Part shown: positions 26,839 to 39,792 of the stretch, piece by piece
Numbering within the stretch: position 1 is the first letter of the stretch
Layout: each line of letters begins with the position of its first letter
Source of the DNA: Escherichia coli O127:H6 str. E2348/69
GTDB lineage: Bacteria; Pseudomonadota; Gammaproteobacteria; Enterobacterales; Enterobacteriaceae
Assembly: GCF_000026545.1 (NCBI RefSeq)
Contig: NC_011601.1
Reading direction: 5' to 3' (one strand)
DNA length: 64,000 bases
Position numbers and translations under genes: made by a program
The notes under the pieces: model-generated
Database searches by the model: none
What the model was told of the DNA's origin: nothing
The model's input: only the letters and a program-made list of their open reading frames with translations

Positions 26839-27309
26839 ATGGATATTCGTAAGATTAAAAAACTGATCGAGCTGGTTGAAGAATCAGGCATCTCCGAACT
26901 GGAAATTTCTGAAGGCGAAGAGTCAGTACGCATTAGCCGTGCAGCTCCTGCCGCAAGTTTCCCTGTGATGCAACAAGCTTACGCTGCACCTATGATGCAG
27001 CAGCCAGCTCAATCTAACGCAGCCGCTCCGGCGACCGTTCCTTCCATGGAAGCGCCAGCAGCAGCGGAAATCAGTGGTCACATCGTACGTTCCCCGATGG
27101 TTGGTACTTTCTACCGCACCCCAAGCCCGGACGCAAAAGCGTTCATCGAAGTGGGCCAGAAAGTAAACGTGGGCGATACCCTGTGCATCGTTGAAGCCAT
27201 GAAAATGATGAACCAGATCGAAGCGGACAAATCCGGTACCGTGAAAGCAATTCTGGTCGAAAGTGGACAACCGGTAGAATTTGACGAGCCGCTGGTCGTC
27301 ATCGAGTAA
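26839..27309 (+). CDS. accB: Biotin carboxyl carrier protein AccB, 156 aa
   Basis: ORF track; [37 protein letters not shown]... with biotinylation motif [10 protein letters not shown]. Confidence 0.96.
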
Positions 27310-27319
27310 CGAGGCGAAC

Positions 27320-28669
27320 ATGCTGGATAAAATTGTTATTGCCAACCGCGGCGAGATTGCATTGCGTATTCTTCGTGCCTGTAAAGAACTGGGCATCAAG
27401 ACTGTCGCTGTGCACTCCAGTGCGGATCGCGATCTAAAACACGTATTACTGGCAGATGAAACGGTCTGTATCGGCCCTGCTCCGTCAGTAAAAAGTTATC
27501 TGAACATCCCGGCAATCATCAGCGCCGCTGAAATCACCGGCGCAGTAGCAATCCATCCGGGTTACGGCTTCCTCTCCGAGAACGCCAATTTTGCCGAGCA
27601 GGTTGAACGCTCCGGCTTTATCTTCATCGGCCCGAAAGCAGAAACCATTCGCCTGATGGGCGACAAAGTATCCGCAATCGCGGCGATGAAAAAAGCAGGC
27701 GTTCCTTGCGTACCGGGTTCTGACGGCCCGCTGGGCGACGATATGGATAAAAACCGCGCCATTGCTAAACGCATTGGTTATCCGGTAATTATCAAAGCCT
27801 CCGGCGGCGGCGGTGGTCGCGGTATGCGCGTAGTGCGCGGCGACGCTGAACTGGCACAATCCATCTGCATGACCCGTGCGGAAGCGAAAGCAGCTTTCAG
27901 CAACGATATGGTTTACATGGAGAAATACCTGGAAAATCCTCGCCACGTCGAGATTCAGGTACTGGCTGACGGTCAGGGCAACGCTATCTATCTGGCGGAA
28001 CGTGACTGCTCCATGCAGCGCCGCCACCAGAAAGTGGTCGAAGAAGCACCGGCTCCGGGCATTACCCCGGAACTGCGTCGCTACATCGGCGAACGTTGCG
28101 CTAAAGCGTGTGTTGATATCGGCTATCGCGGTGCAGGTACTTTCGAGTTCCTGTTCGAAAACGGCGAGTTCTATTTCATCGAAATGAACACCCGTATTCA
28201 GGTAGAACACCCGGTTACTGAAATGATCACCGGCGTTGACCTGATCAAAGAACAGCTGCGTATCGCTGCCGGTCAACCGCTGTCGATCAAGCAAGAAGAA
28301 GTTCACGTTCGCGGCCATGCGGTGGAATGCCGTATCAACGCCGAAGATCCGAACACCTTCCTGCCAAGTCCGGGCAAAATCACCCGTTTCCACGCACCTG
28401 GTGGTTTTGGCGTACGTTGGGAGTCTCATATCTACGCGGGCTACACCGTACCGCCGTACTATGACTCAATGATCGGTAAGCTGATTTGCTACGGTGAAAA
28501 CCGTGACGTGGCGATTGCTCGCATGAAGAATGCGCTGCAGGAGCTGATCATCGACGGTATCAAAACCAACGTTGATCTGCAGATCCGCATCATGAATGAC
28601 GAGAACTTCCAGCATGGTGGCACTAACATCCACTATCTGGAGAAAAAACTCGGTCTTCAGGAAAAATAA
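27320..28669 (+). CDS. accC: Biotin carboxylase AccC, 449 aa
   Basis: ORF track 27281..28669; recognised AccC starts [33 protein letters not shown] at ATG 27320. Confidence 0.96.
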   Translation: MLDKIVIANRGEIALRILRACKELGIKTVAVHSSADRDLKHVLLADETVCIGPAPSVKSYLNIPAIISAAEITGAVAIHPGYGFLSENANFAEQVERSGFIFIGPKAETIRLMGDKVSAIAAMKKAGVPCVPGSDGPLGDDMDKNRAIAKRIGYPVIIKASGGGGGRGMRVVRGDAELAQSICMTRAEAKAAFSNDMVYMEKYLENPRHVEIQVLADGQGNAIYLAERDCSMQRRHQKVVEEAPAPGITPELRRYIGERCAKACVDIGYRGAGTFEFLFENGEFYFIEMNTRIQVEHPVTEMITGVDLIKEQLRIAAGQPLSIKQEEVHVRGHAVECRINAEDPNTFLPSPGKITRFHAPGGFGVRWESHIYAGYTVPPYYDSMIGKLICYGENRDVAIARMKNALQELIIDGIKTNVDLQIRIMNDENFQHGGTNIHYLEKKLGLQEK

Positions 28670-28685
28670 GACTGCAAAAGCGTCA

Positions 28686-28711
28686 AAAGGCCGGATTTTC
28701 CGGCCTTTTTT
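28686..28711 (+). terminator. Rho-independent terminator after accC
   Basis: aaaaggccgg-attttc-ccggcctttttt. Confidence 0.7.
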
Positions 28712-28777
28712 ATTACTGGGGTTCGACAACCCCTATAAGGTACAATCCCCGCTTTCTTCACCCATCAGGGACAAAAA

Positions 28778-29020
28778 ATGGACACTCATTTTGTTCAGGC
28801 CCATAAAGAGGCGCGCTGGGCGCTGGGGCTGACCCTTTTGTATCTGGCGGTATGGTTAGTAGCCGCTTACTTACCTGGCGTTGCTCCCGGTTTTACCGGC
28901 TTTCCGCGCTGGTTTGAGATGGCCTGCATCCTGACGCCGCTGCTGTTTATTGGACTGTGCTGGGCGATGGTGAAATTTATCTATCGCGATATCCCACTGG
29001 AGGATGACGATGCAGCTTGA
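28778..29020 (+). CDS. yhdT: Small inner-membrane protein YhdT (DUF997), 80 aa
   Basis: ORF track; MDTHFVQAHKEARWALGLTLLYLAVWLVAAYLPG...; overlaps the panF start. Confidence 0.9.
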   Translation: MDTHFVQAHKEARWALGLTLLYLAVWLVAAYLPGVAPGFTGFPRWFEMACILTPLLFIGLCWAMVKFIYRDIPLEDDDAA

Positions 29021-30461
29021 AGTAATTCTACCGCTGGTCGCCTATCTGGTGGTGGTGTTCGGTATCTCTGTTTATGCGATGCGTAAACGGAGCACTGGCA
29101 CCTTCCTTAATGAGTATTTCCTCGGCAGCCGCTCTATGGGCGGTATTGTGCTGGCGATGACGCTCACCGCGACCTATATCAGTGCCAGTTCGTTTATCGG
29201 CGGGCCTGGAGCTGCTTATAAATACGGCCTGGGCTGGGTATTGCTGGCGATGATTCAGCTTCCTGCAGTCTGGCTTTCGCTCGGTATTCTCGGCAAGAAG
29301 TTCGCAATTCTTGCGCGCCGCTACAATGCGGTGACGCTGAACGATATGCTGTTTGCCCGCTACCAGAGTCGTCTTCTGGTGTGGCTGGCGAGTTTGAGTT
29401 TGCTGGTTGCGTTCGTTGGTGCGATGACCGTGCAGTTTATCGGCGGTGCGCGCCTGCTGGAAACCGCGGCGGGTATTCCTTATGAAACCGGGCTGCTGAT
29501 TTTCGGTATCAGCATTGCGTTGTATACCGCCTTTGGCGGCTTTCGCGCCAGCGTGCTGAACGACACCATGCAAGGGCTGGTGATGCTGATTGGCACCGTT
29601 GTGCTGCTTATTGGCGTGGTACATGCCGCAGGTGGTTTAAGTAATGCGGTAGACACGCTGCAAACCATCGATCCGCAACTGGTTACGCCACAAGGCGCTG
29701 ACGATATTCTGTCGCCTGCCTTTATGACGTCGTTCTGGGTACTGGTGTGCTTTGGCGTTATAGGCCTGCCACATACTGCGGTGCGCTGTATCTCTTATAA
29801 AGACAGCAAAGCCGTACATCGGGGGATCATTATCGGTACGATTGTAGTCGCAATCCTGATGTTCGGTATGCATCTGGCCGGAGCGTTAGGTCGGGCGGTG
29901 ATCCCCGATCTCACCGTACCGGATCTGGTGATCCCGACGTTAATGGTAAAAGTGCTGCCACCGTTTGCCGCCGGGATCTTTCTGGCTGCACCGATGGCTG
30001 CGATCATGTCGACAATTAACGCCCAACTGCTGCAAAGTTCCGCTACGATCATTAAAGATCTCTATCTGAATATCCGTCCGGATCAAATGCAAAACGAGAC
30101 GCGTCTGAAGCGGATGTCGGCGGTGATCACGTTGGTTCTCGGTGCGTTGCTGCTGCTTGCCGCCTGGAAGCCGCCAGAAATGATCATCTGGCTGAATTTG
30201 CTGGCCTTCGGTGGGCTGGAAGCCGTTTTCCTGTGGCCGCTGGTGCTGGGTCTTTACTGGGAACGTGCCAACGCCAAAGGCGCGCTAAGTGCGATGATCG
30301 TTGGCGGCGTGCTGTATGCCGTACTCGCGACGCTGAATATTCAGTACCTGGGCTTCCACCCTATCGTGCCCTCGTTACTACTAAGTTTGCTGGCTTTCCT
30401 GGTCGGAAACCGTTTCGGTACATCCGTCCCGCAAGCTACCGTTTTGACTACTGATAAATAA
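29010..30461 (+). CDS. panF: Sodium/pantothenate symporter PanF, 483 aa
   Basis: ORF track 29004..30461; [32 protein letters not shown]... from the second ATG. Confidence 0.93.
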
Positions 30462-30472
30462 AGAGTTTTGCC

Positions 30473-31354
30473 ATGCCTTGGATCCAACTGAAACTGAACA
30501 CTACCGGCGCGAACGCGGAAGATCTTAGCGATGCGCTGATGGAAGCGGGTGCCGTTTCTATCACTTTTCAGGATACCCACGATACGCCAGTATTTGAGCC
30601 GCTGCCGGGCGAAACGCGCCTGTGGGGCGACACCGATGTGATTGGTCTGTTCGACGCTGAAACCGATATGAACGACGTGGTGGCGATTCTGGAAAACCAT
30701 CCGCTGCTCGGCGCGGGCTTCGCGCATAAAATCGAACAACTGGAAGATAAAGACTGGGAGCGCGAATGGATGGATAATTTCCACCCGATGCGCTTTGGTG
30801 AACGACTGTGGATCTGCCCAAGCTGGCGTGATGTGCCGGACGAAAACGCCGTCAACGTGATGTTAGACCCAGGGCTGGCGTTTGGTACGGGTACCCATCC
30901 AACTACCTCTCTGTGCCTGCAATGGCTCGACAGCCTCGATTTAACCGGTAAAACAGTCATCGACTTTGGCTGCGGTTCCGGCATTCTGGCTATCGCGGCG
31001 CTGAAACTGGGTGCAGCAAAAGCCATTGGTATTGATATCGATCCGCAGGCGATCCAGGCCAGCCGCGATAACGCCGAACGTAATGGCGTTTCTGATCGTC
31101 TGGAACTCTACTTACCGAAAGATCAGCCAGAAGAAATGAAAGCCGACGTGGTGGTCGCTAACATCCTTGCAGGCCCATTACGTGAACTGGCACCGTTAAT
31201 CAGCGTCCTGCCAGTTTCAGGCGGTTTGCTGGGCCTTTCCGGTATTCTGGCAAGCCAGGCAGAGAGCGTTTGCGAAGCTTATGCCGACAGCTTCGCTCTG
31301 GACCCGGTCGTGGAAAAAGAAGAGTGGTGCCGCATTACCGGTCGTAAGAATTAA
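30473..31354 (+). CDS. prmA: Ribosomal protein L11 methyltransferase PrmA, 293 aa
   Basis: ORF track; [34 protein letters not shown]... with SAM-binding motif [10 protein letters not shown]. Confidence 0.95.
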
Positions 31355-31609
31355 CCTTCGCATCGCCGTATGGCGACTCAGAGCGAAGTGCGAGCGATGT
31401 CACAAAAGGCACGTTAATTTGCCGATTATTTACGCAAATTTGCGTGCCAAAATTTTCATTCATAAAGAAAAATTGAGAACTTACTCAAATTTCTTTGAGT
31501 GTAAATTTTAGTCACTATTTTCTAATATGATGATTTTTATGAGTAATTATCGCGCTACGCTCATTTTAAATGCAATTCTTTGATCCATCTCAGAGGATTG
31601 GTCAAAGTT

Positions 31610-31650
31610 TGGCCTTTCATCTCGTGCAAAAAATGCGTAATATACGCCGC
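31610..31650 (+). promoter_or_regulatory. dusB-fis operon promoter (fis P): -35 TTCATC, -10 TAATAT, GC-rich discriminator
   Basis: TTCATC (31616-31621), 16-bp spacer, TAATAT (31638-31643), then ACGCCGCC discriminator typical of stringently controlled, growth-rate-regulated promoters; the AT-rich upstream region carries Fis/IHF sites in E. coli. Confidence 0.55.
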
Positions 31651-31682
31651 CTTGCAGTCACAGTATGGTCATTTCTTAACTC

Positions 31683-32648
31683 ATGCGCATCGGACAATAT
31701 CAGCTCAGAAATCGCCTGATCGCAGCGCCCATGGCTGGCATTACAGACAGACCTTTTCGGACGTTGTGCTACGAGATGGGAGCCGGATTGACAGTATCCG
31801 AGATGATGTCTTCTAACCCACAGGTTTGGGAAAGCGACAAATCTCGTTTACGGATGGTGCACATTGATGAACCCGGTATTCGCACCGTGCAAATTGCTGG
31901 TAGCGATCCGAAAGAAATGGCAGATGCAGCACGTATTAACGTGGAAAGCGGTGCCCAGATTATTGATATCAATATGGGTTGCCCGGCTAAAAAAGTGAAT
32001 CGCAAGCTCGCAGGTTCAGCCCTTTTGCAGTACCCGGATGTCGTTAAATCGATCCTAACCGAGGTCGTCAATGCAGTGGACGTTCCTGTTACCCTGAAGA
32101 TTCGCACCGGCTGGGCGCCGGAACACCGTAACTGCGAAGAGATTGCCCAACTGGCTGAAGACTGTGGCATTCAGGCTCTGACCATTCATGGCCGTACACG
32201 CGCCTGTTTGTTCAATGGAGAAGCTGAGTACGACAGTATTCGGGCAGTTAAGCAGAAAGTTTCCATTCCGGTTATCGCGAATGGCGACATTACTGACCCG
32301 CTTAAAGCCAGAGCTGTGCTCGACTATACAGGGGCGGATGCCCTGATGATAGGCCGCGCAGCTCAGGGAAGACCCTGGATCTTTCGGGAAATCCAGCATT
32401 ATCTGGACACTGGGGAGTTGCTGCCCCCGCTGCCTTTGGCAGAGGTTAAGCGCTTGCTTTGCGCGCACGTTCGGGAACTGCATGACTTTTATGGTCCGGC
32501 AAAAGGGTACCGAATTGCACGTAAACACGTTTCCTGGTATCTCCAGGAACACGCTCCAAATGACCAGTTTCGGCGCACATTCAACGCCATTGAGGATGCC
32601 AGCGAACAGCTGGAGGCGTTGGAGGCATACTTCGAAAATTTTGCGTAA
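31683..32648 (+). CDS. dusB: tRNA-dihydrouridine synthase B, 321 aa
   Basis: ORF track; [41 protein letters not shown]... Confidence 0.95.
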   Translation: MRIGQYQLRNRLIAAPMAGITDRPFRTLCYEMGAGLTVSEMMSSNPQVWESDKSRLRMVHIDEPGIRTVQIAGSDPKEMADAARINVESGAQIIDINMGCPAKKVNRKLAGSALLQYPDVVKSILTEVVNAVDVPVTLKIRTGWAPEHRNCEEIAQLAEDCGIQALTIHGRTRACLFNGEAEYDSIRAVKQKVSIPVIANGDITDPLKARAVLDYTGADALMIGRAAQGRPWIFREIQHYLDTGELLPPLPLAEVKRLLCAHVRELHDFYGPAKGYRIARKHVSWYLQEHAPNDQFRRTFNAIEDASEQLEALEAYFENFA

Positions 32649-32673
32649 ACAGAAATAAAGAGCTGACAGAACT

Positions 32674-32970
32674 ATGTTCGAACAACGCGTAAATTCTGAC
32701 GTACTGACCGTTTCTACCGTTAACTCTCAGGATCAGGTAACCCAAAAACCCCTGCGTGACTCGGTTAAACAGGCACTGAAGAACTATTTTGCTCAACTGA
32801 ATGGTCAGGATGTGAATGACCTCTATGAGCTGGTACTGGCTGAAGTAGAACAGCCCCTGTTGGACATGGTGATGCAATACACCCGTGGTAACCAGACCCG
32901 TGCTGCGCTGATGATGGGCATCAACCGTGGTACGCTGCGTAAAAAATTGAAAAAATACGGCATGAACTAA
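32674..32970 (+). CDS. fis: Nucleoid-associated protein Fis, 98 aa
   Basis: ORF track; [98 protein letters not shown]. Confidence 0.97.
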
Positions 32971-32995
32971 TTCAGGTTAGCTAAATGCTTGATTA

Positions 32996-33031
32996 AAAAG
33001 GCGCTACTCGGCATGGGGAAGCGCCTTTTTT
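32996..33031 (+). terminator. Rho-independent terminator after fis
   Basis: aaaaggcgc-tactcggcatggggaa-gcgcctttttt. Confidence 0.7.
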
Positions 33032-33055
33032 ATAGGTGTCACAAAGGGAGTGACC

Positions 33056-33940
33056 ATGAGAACAGGATGTGAACCGACCCGATTTGGTAATGAAGCAAAG
33101 ACCATCATCCAGGGTGATGCATTAACCGAACTTAAAAAGATCCCCGCCGAAAGTGTAGATCTGATCTTTGCCGACCCACCGTATAACATCGGTAAAAATT
33201 TTGATGGTCTGATCGAAGCCTGGAAAGAAGATCTGTTTATCGACTGGCTGTTTGAAGTGATTGCAGAGTGCCACCGCGTTCTGAAAAAGCAGGGCAGCAT
33301 GTACATCATGAACAGCACGGAAAACATGCCCTTTATCGATCTCCAGTGCCGCAAGCTTTTTACCATCAAAAGTCGCATCGTCTGGTCATATGACAGTTCT
33401 GGAGTGCAGGCGAAAAAACACTACGGCTCCATGTACGAACCCATCCTGATGATGGTGAAAGACGCAAAGAACTACACATTCAACGGTGATGCTATTCTGG
33501 TAGAAGCCAAAACCGGATCGCAGCGCGCGTTGATCGATTATCGCAAAAATCCTCCACAGCCTTACAATCATCAAAAAGTACCGGGTAACGTCTGGGATTT
33601 TCCTCGCGTGCGTTATTTGATGGATGAATATGAAAACCACCCGACGCAAAAACCGGAAGCCTTACTGAAACGCATTATTCTCGCCTCTTCCAACCCAGGC
33701 GATATCGTTCTCGACCCGTTTGCCGGTAGCTTTACTACCGGTGCCGTAGCCGTCGCCAGCGGGCGAAAATTCATTGGTATTGAGATCAACAGCGAGTACA
33801 TCAAAATGGGGCTTCGACGGCTGGATGTCGCGTCGCATTACTCTGCGGAAGAACTGGCGAAAGTGAAAAAAAGAAAGACCGGCAACCTGTCAAAACGAAG
33901 CCGGTTAAGCGAAGTTGACCCCGATCTCATTACAAAGTAA
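33056..33940 (+). CDS. yhdJ: DNA adenine (N6) methyltransferase YhdJ, 294 aa
   Basis: ORF track 33050..33940; MRTGCEPTRFGNEAKTIIQGDALTELKKIPAESVDLIFADPPYNIG (DPPY catalytic motif); ATG 33056 preceded by AAGGGAG ribosome-binding site. Confidence 0.92.
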   Translation: MRTGCEPTRFGNEAKTIIQGDALTELKKIPAESVDLIFADPPYNIGKNFDGLIEAWKEDLFIDWLFEVIAECHRVLKKQGSMYIMNSTENMPFIDLQCRKLFTIKSRIVWSYDSSGVQAKKHYGSMYEPILMMVKDAKNYTFNGDAILVEAKTGSQRALIDYRKNPPQPYNHQKVPGNVWDFPRVRYLMDEYENHPTQKPEALLKRIILASSNPGDIVLDPFAGSFTTGAVAVASGRKFIGIEINSEYIKMGLRRLDVASHYSAEELAKVKKRKTGNLSKRSRLSEVDPDLITK

Positions 33941-34023
33941 AGGAAGTGTAAGCCTGGTTTTCAGATTATTCATTTCGTGTATATTTCCTGCCAGACTTGG
34001 TTAAACATGCACAGGCTCAGGTA

Positions 34024-34203
34024 ATGATTCGCAAGTATTGGTGGCTCGTCGTTTTCGCTGTCTTCGTTTTTCTGTTTGATACTTTACTGATGCAGTGGAT
34101 TGAACTGCTGGCAACAGAAACAGACAAATGCCGCAATATGAACTCAGTTAATCCACTAAAACTGGTTAACTGTGACGAACTGAATTTTCAGGACAGAATG
34201 TGA
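34024..34203 (+). CDS. yhdU: Small membrane protein YhdU, 59 aa
   Basis: ORF track 33997..34203; MIRKYWWLVVFAVFVFLFDTLLMQWIELLATE... from the internal ATG 34024. Confidence 0.8.
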   Translation: MIRKYWWLVVFAVFVFLFDTLLMQWIELLATETDKCRNMNSVNPLKLVNCDELNFQDRM

Positions 34204-34205
34204 AT

Positions 34206-34868
34206 TTATATGACACTTAATTCATTCGTTTTATGAATTAATTTCGTTATGTTTTCATCTGGCATGAACATTCTTAATACGTTATCGACCAGAGCGGGGG
34301 CTTGTTTATAAAGATCATAACCCGCCATATTCATTAACCAGTTTTGAACAATTCCGCTGAAGGCACCATCAATAATAATCATCACAACATCTAAATCGAG
34401 ATTATTTGCTACACAACCTTGTTGCTGACACGCCTGCAATACTTCGCGGAGAGTCTGCGGATTAAAGCCCATCTTTTCGCGTATCACTCCCTCGGCCAGC
34501 ATCTCATCATTAAATTCACATTTGTGATATAAGATTTTCAGCAACGCCTGCTGGCGGGGAATTTTGGCAATATATTGCAAACCGACAATCAATTTTTCAC
34601 GCAATTGCTGAAACGGGTCATGCTCTAACCCAGCGGTCAAGTGATCCTGGATTAACTCCCGCAATGAAGGCTGTTGCAACCACATCTCATTAAACAGTTG
34701 AGTCTTGTTTTCGAAGTGCCAGTAGATAGCGCCACGCGTAACGTTAGCAGCGTCGGCAATGTCGTTGAGCGTCGTCTTGCTTACGCCATGCTGCGCAAAC
34801 TGGGCGATGGCAGTTTCAATCAGTTCTTGCCGGGTCTTCAGGGCTTCAGCTTTGGTTCTTTTTGCCAT
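34206..34868 (-). CDS. acrS: TetR-family repressor AcrS (EnvR), 220 aa
   Basis: ORF track; MAKRTKAEALKTRQELIETAIAQFAQHGVSKTTLNDIADAANVTRGAIYWHF...; divergent from acrEF. Confidence 0.95.
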   Translation of the reverse strand: MAKRTKAEALKTRQELIETAIAQFAQHGVSKTTLNDIADAANVTRGAIYWHFENKTQLFNEMWLQQPSLRELIQDHLTAGLEHDPFQQLREKLIVGLQYIAKIPRQQALLKILYHKCEFNDEMLAEGVIREKMGFNPQTLREVLQACQQQGCVANNLDLDVVMIIIDGAFSGIVQNWLMNMAGYDLYKQAPALVDNVLRMFMPDENITKLIHKTNELSVI

Positions 34869-35266
34869 GATTAATTATTCAGGAAATAAATATATTCGAC
34901 ACAGGATGAGAAAATAGCGAAGGTTAATCTATCACCTAATGTGTATTTATACGAGAGGCTAATATTGCGTTGCTATAAATCGTCAAATAAATGATATGTA
35001 TTATTTACATAAAATACATTCACTTGACCTATACATATTTCAATTTACGAGATTTTAATTCTACCTCTTTCATTCCGCGTCAAAACAAAACAGTAGAATA
35101 TTAATCTTTTTTTGTGTTTATGTGCCTTGAGTTGCCAGTATTCATAACTATTCCTTACATCGACGAATGATAATTTGTAGGATAGCGAACTGTATTTTTC
35201 TTTCTGCGAGTTAACGCGTTGCCTTTTTGGGTAAATAACGCGCTTTTGGTTTTTTGAGGAATAGTA

Positions 35267-36424
35267 ATGACGAAACATGCCAGGTTTTTCCTCCTGCCCT
35301 CCTTTATTCTGATCTCCGCGGCTTTAATCGCCGGTTGTAACGATAAGGGAGAAGAGAAAGCTCACGTCGGTGAACCGCAGGTTACCGTTCATATTGTAAA
35401 AACGGCCCCGTTAGAAGTTAAGACTGAATTACCAGGCCGCACCAATGCTTACCGTATAGCCGAAGTTCGCCCACAGGTTAGCGGGATCGTACTGAGTCGC
35501 AATTTCACTGAAGGCAGCGATGTGCAAGCAGGCCAGTCTCTGTACCAGATCGATCCCGCGACCTATCAGGCAAGTTATGACAGCGCGAAAGGCGAACTGA
35601 CGAAAAGTGAAGCCGCCGCCGCCATCGCGCATTTGACGGTAAAACGTTACGTTCCGCTCGTGGGTACGAAATACATCAGTCAGCAGGAGTACGACCAGGC
35701 CATTGCTGATGCTCGCCAGGCCGATGCCACCGTGATTGCCGCAAAAGCCACAGTTGAAAGCGCTCGCATCAATCTCGCTTATACCAAAGTGACTGCGCCT
35801 ATTAGCGGACGTATCGGCAAATCGACTGTGACCGAAGGCGCTCTTGTCACTAATGGGCAAACGACTGAACTGGCGACTGTCCAGCAGCTCGATCCTATCT
35901 ACGTTGATGTGACCCAATCCAGCAACGATTTTATGAGGCTGAAGCAATCCGTAGAGCAAGGAAATTTGCATAAGGAAAACGCCACCAGCAACGTAGAGTT
36001 GGTCATGGAGAACGGTCAAACCTATCCCCTGAAAGGTACGCTGCAATTCTCCGATGTGACCGTTGATGAAAGCACCGGCTCCATAACCCTACGTGCTGTC
36101 TTCCCTAACCCGCAACATACGCTTTTACCGGGTATGTTTGTGCGCGCACGGATTGATGAAGGCGTCCAACCTGACGCCATTCTTATCCCGCAACAAGGCG
36201 TTAGCCGCACACCACGTGGTGATGCAACCGTGCTGATTGTTAACAATAAAAGTCAGGTTGAAGCGCGCCCTGTCGTTGCCAGTCAGGCGATTGGCGATAA
36301 ATGGTTGATTAGCGAAGGTCTGAAATCTGGCGATCAAGTCATTGTCAGCGGCCTGCAAAAAGCGCGTCCGGGAGAGCAGGTTAAAGCCACTACCGATACC
36401 CCCGCAGATACTGCATCGAAGTAA
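35267..36424 (+). CDS. acrE: Multidrug efflux membrane-fusion lipoprotein AcrE, 385 aa
   Basis: ORF track; [34 protein letters not shown]... lipoprotein signal peptide. Confidence 0.95.
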   Translation: MTKHARFFLLPSFILISAALIAGCNDKGEEKAHVGEPQVTVHIVKTAPLEVKTELPGRTNAYRIAEVRPQVSGIVLSRNFTEGSDVQAGQSLYQIDPATYQASYDSAKGELTKSEAAAAIAHLTVKRYVPLVGTKYISQQEYDQAIADARQADATVIAAKATVESARINLAYTKVTAPISGRIGKSTVTEGALVTNGQTTELATVQQLDPIYVDVTQSSNDFMRLKQSVEQGNLHKENATSNVELVMENGQTYPLKGTLQFSDVTVDESTGSITLRAVFPNPQHTLLPGMFVRARIDEGVQPDAILIPQQGVSRTPRGDATVLIVNNKSQVEARPVVASQAIGDKWLISEGLKSGDQVIVSGLQKARPGEQVKATTDTPADTASK

Positions 36425-36435
36425 GGCAATCTGAC

Positions 36436-39400
36436 ATGGCAAACTTTTTTATTCGACGACCGATATTTGCATGGGTGCTGGCCATTATTCTGATGATGGC
36501 GGGCGCACTGGCGATCCTACAATTGCCCGTCGCCCAGTATCCAACCATTGCGCCGCCTGCGGTTTCTGTTTCGGCAAACTATCCGGGTGCTGATGCGCAG
36601 ACCGTGCAGGATACAGTGACGCAGGTTATCGAACAGAATATGAACGGTATCGATAACCTGATGTATATGTCCTCCACCAGCGATTCCGCCGGTAGCGTGA
36701 CAATTACCCTTACCTTCCAGTCCGGGACCGATCCTGATATCGCGCAAGTACAGGTGCAGAACAAACTCCAGCTCGCCACGCCGTTGCTGCCGCAGGAGGT
36801 TCAGCAGCAGGGGATCAGTGTTGAAAAGTCCAGTAGCAGCTATTTGATGGTGGCGGGCTTTGTCTCTGATAACCCTGGCACCACACAGGACGATATCTCG
36901 GACTATGTGGCCTCTAACGTTAAAGATACGCTTAGCCGTCTGAATGGCGTCGGTGACGTACAGCTTTTCGGCGCACAGTATGCGATGCGTATCTGGCTGG
37001 ACGCCGATCTGCTAAACAAATATAAACTGACACCGGTTGATGTGATTAACCAGTTGAAGGTACAGAACGATCAGATCGCTGCCGGACAGTTGGGCGGAAC
37101 GCCAGCGTTACCAGGGCAACAGTTGAACGCCTCGATTATTGCTCAGACGCGGTTAAAAAATCCGGAAGAATTCGGCAAAGTGACCCTGCGCGTAAACAGT
37201 GACGGCTCGGTGGTGCGTCTGAAAGATGTCGCACGGGTTGAACTTGGCGGTGAAAACTATAACGTTATCGCTCGCATCAACGGAAAACCGGCGGCGGGCC
37301 TGGGGATTAAGCTGGCAACCGGCGCGAATGCTCTCGATACCGCGAAAGCCATTAAGGCAAAACTGGCGGAATTACAGCCATTCTTCCCGCAGGGAATGAA
37401 GGTTCTTTACCCTTATGACACCACGCCTTTCGTCCAGCTTTCTATCCAGGAAGTGGTGAAAACGCTGTTCGAAGCTATTATCCTGGTATTCCTGGTGATG
37501 TATCTGTTCTTGCAGAACATGCGGGCAACATTGATACCCACCATTGCTGTACCTGTCGTGTTGTTAGGGACATTTGCCATACTCGCCGCTTTTGGTTACT
37601 CCATCAATACGCTAACGATGTTTGGGATGGTGCTTGCCATCGGGCTGCTCGTCGATGATGCGATAGTGGTGGTGGAGAACGTCGAGCGCGTGATGATAGA
37701 GGATAAGCTCCCGCCAAAAGAAGCGACGGAAAAATCAATGTCGCAAATCCAGGGCGCGCTGGTAGGTATCGCGATGGTACTGTCGGCGGTATTTATTCCG
37801 ATGGCATTCTTCGGTGGCTCAACAGGGGCAATTTATCGACAGTTCTCTATCACTATTGTTTCAGCAATGGCGCTTTCAGTACTGGTTGCGCTGATTCTCA
37901 CCCCCGCGTTATGTGCAACATTGCTGAAACCAGTCTCTGCCGAGCATCACGAAAATAAGGGGGCGTTCTTCGGCTGGTTTAACACCACTTTCGATCATAG
38001 CGTTAACCACTACACCAACAGCGTCGGCAAAATCCTCGGTTCCACAGGACGATATTTACTGATCTATGCGCTGATTGTTGCAGGAATGGTGGTGTTGTTT
38101 TTACGTCTTCCGTCTTCCTTCTTACCTGAAGAGGATCAGGGTGTCTTTCTGACCATGATTCAGTTACCCGCTGGCGCGACGCAAGAGCGGACGCAAAAAG
38201 TGTTGGATCAAGTGACGGATTACTATCTGAAGAACGAGAAAGCGAACGTTGAAAGTGTCTTTACAGTTAACGGATTTAGCTTCAGCGGCCAGGCACAAAA
38301 CGCCGGTATGGCCTTCGTCAGTCTGAAACCGTGGGAAGAGCGTAGTGGTGACGAAAACAGTGCGGAAGCAGTAATCCATCGTGCCAAAATGGAATTGGGC
38401 AAGATCCGCGACGGTTTTGTCATTCCATTCAATATGCCAGCCATTGTTGAACTGGGTACGGCAACGGGTTTCGACTTTGAGTTAATTGATCAGGCTGGGC
38501 TGGGTCACGATGCCCTGACCCAGGCCCGTAACCAGTTGCTTGGCATGGCGGCGCAACATCCTGCCAGCTTAGTCAGCGTGCGTCCTAATGGCCTGGAAGA
38601 CACCGCGCAGTTTAAACTGGAAGTTGACCAGGAAAAGGCGCAGGCATTAGGTGTTTCACTTTCTGACATCAATCAGACCATTTCAACGGCGTTGGGTGGG
38701 ACTTACGTTAACGACTTCATCGACCGTGGTCGCGTGAAAAAGGTGTATGTTCAGGCGGATGCAAAATTCCGTATGCTGCCAGAAGATGTCGATAAACTTT
38801 ATGTCCGCAGCGCCAACGGCGAAATGGTGCCATTCTCTGCCTTTACCACTTCACATTGGGTGTATGGCTCTCCGCGACTGGAACGCTACAACGGTCTGCC
38901 GTCAATGGAGATTCAGGGGGAAGCCGCGCCAGGAACCAGTTCCGGCGATGCTATGGCGTTGATGGAAAACCTTGCGTCAAAATTACCGGCGGGCATTGGT
39001 TATGACTGGACGGGTATGTCATATCAGGAACGTTTATCGGGAAACCAGGCTCCCGCTCTGGTAGCAATTTCCTTTGTGGTTGTTTTCCTGTGCCTTGCTG
39101 CACTCTATGAAAGCTGGTCAATTCCTGTCTCGGTTATGTTGGTCGTGCCGTTAGGGATTGTCGGCGTGCTACTGGCGGCGACACTCTTTAATCAAAAAAA
39201 TGACGTCTACTTTATGGTGGGCTTGCTAACGACAATTGGCTTGTCGGCTAAAAACGCTATTTTGATTGTTGAGTTCGCTAAAGATCTCATGGAGAAAGAG
39301 GGTAAAGGTGTTGTTGAAGCGACACTAATGGCAGTACGTATGCGTCTGCGTCCTATCCTGATGACCTCTCTCGCCTTTATTCTCGGCGTATTACCGCTGG

Positions 39401-39540
39401 CTATCAGTAACGGGGCCGGCAGTGGCGCGCAAAACGCAGTCGGTATCGGGGTAATGGGCGGAATGGTCTCTGCAACGTTGCTGGCAATCTTCTTCGTGCC
39501 AGTGTTCTTTGTGGTGATCCGTCGATGCTTTAAAGGATAA
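36436..39540 (+). CDS. acrF: RND multidrug efflux transporter AcrF, 1,034 aa
   Basis: ORF track; [80 protein letters not shown]... Confidence 0.96.
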   Translation: MANFFIRRPIFAWVLAIILMMAGALAILQLPVAQYPTIAPPAVSVSANYPGADAQTVQDTVTQVIEQNMNGIDNLMYMSSTSDSAGSVTITLTFQSGTDPDIAQVQVQNKLQLATPLLPQEVQQQGISVEKSSSSYLMVAGFVSDNPGTTQDDISDYVASNVKDTLSRLNGVGDVQLFGAQYAMRIWLDADLLNKYKLTPVDVINQLKVQNDQIAAGQLGGTPALPGQQLNASIIAQTRLKNPEEFGKVTLRVNSDGSVVRLKDVARVELGGENYNVIARINGKPAAGLGIKLATGANALDTAKAIKAKLAELQPFFPQGMKVLYPYDTTPFVQLSIQEVVKTLFEAIILVFLVMYLFLQNMRATLIPTIAVPVVLLGTFAILAAFGYSINTLTMFGMVLAIGLLVDDAIVVVENVERVMIEDKLPPKEATEKSMSQIQGALVGIAMVLSAVFIPMAFFGGSTGAIYRQFSITIVSAMALSVLVALILTPALCATLLKPVSAEHHENKGAFFGWFNTTFDHSVNHYTNSVGKILGSTGRYLLIYALIVAGMVVLFLRLPSSFLPEEDQGVFLTMIQLPAGATQERTQKVLDQVTDYYLKNEKANVESVFTVNGFSFSGQAQNAGMAFVSLKPWEERSGDENSAEAVIHRAKMELGKIRDGFVIPFNMPAIVELGTATGFDFELIDQAGLGHDALTQARNQLLGMAAQHPASLVSVRPNGLEDTAQFKLEVDQEKAQALGVSLSDINQTISTALGGTYVNDFIDRGRVKKVYVQADAKFRMLPEDVDKLYVRSANGEMVPFSAFTTSHWVYGSPRLERYNGLPSMEIQGEAAPGTSSGDAMALMENLASKLPAGIGYDWTGMSYQERLSGNQAPALVAISFVVVFLCLAALYESWSIPVSVMLVVPLGIVGVLLAATLFNQKNDVYFMVGLLTTIGLSAKNAILIVEFAKDLMEKEGKGVVEATLMAVRMRLRPILMTSLAFILGVLPLAISNGAGSGAQNAVGIGVMGGMVSATLLAIFFVPVFFVVIRRCFKG

Positions 39541-39551
39541 ATCAGAAACAT

Positions 39552-39577
39552 AAAGGCGCTTTCAGGCGCCTTTTTTA
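39552..39577 (+). terminator. Rho-independent terminator after acrF
   Basis: aaaggcgc-tttcag-gcgcctttttt. Confidence 0.7.
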
Positions 39578-39792
39578 TTTTCAGTGAACCCCATAAAAAT
39601 TAATAAGATATTCTTCTTCTCACTCTTTAAAAACTTTCTATAGTTCCCGCTCCCTTCACTATTTTTACAATTCACATAAATTGTCATTATTCATTCCGCA
39701 AGATTTATAACCTCCAGTGATAAAATGGCATTCAGCTCGTTAATAAGAGAGTTAACTTATTAAGCGTTAGCGTTTATTACTGAGGTAACACC

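Noticed and set aside
31281-31511. 76-aa ORF overlapping the 3' end of prmA and the fis promoter region
   Set aside because: It overlaps prmA in another frame and then runs through the AT-rich fis upstream regulatory region; no ribosome-binding site and no homology recognised.
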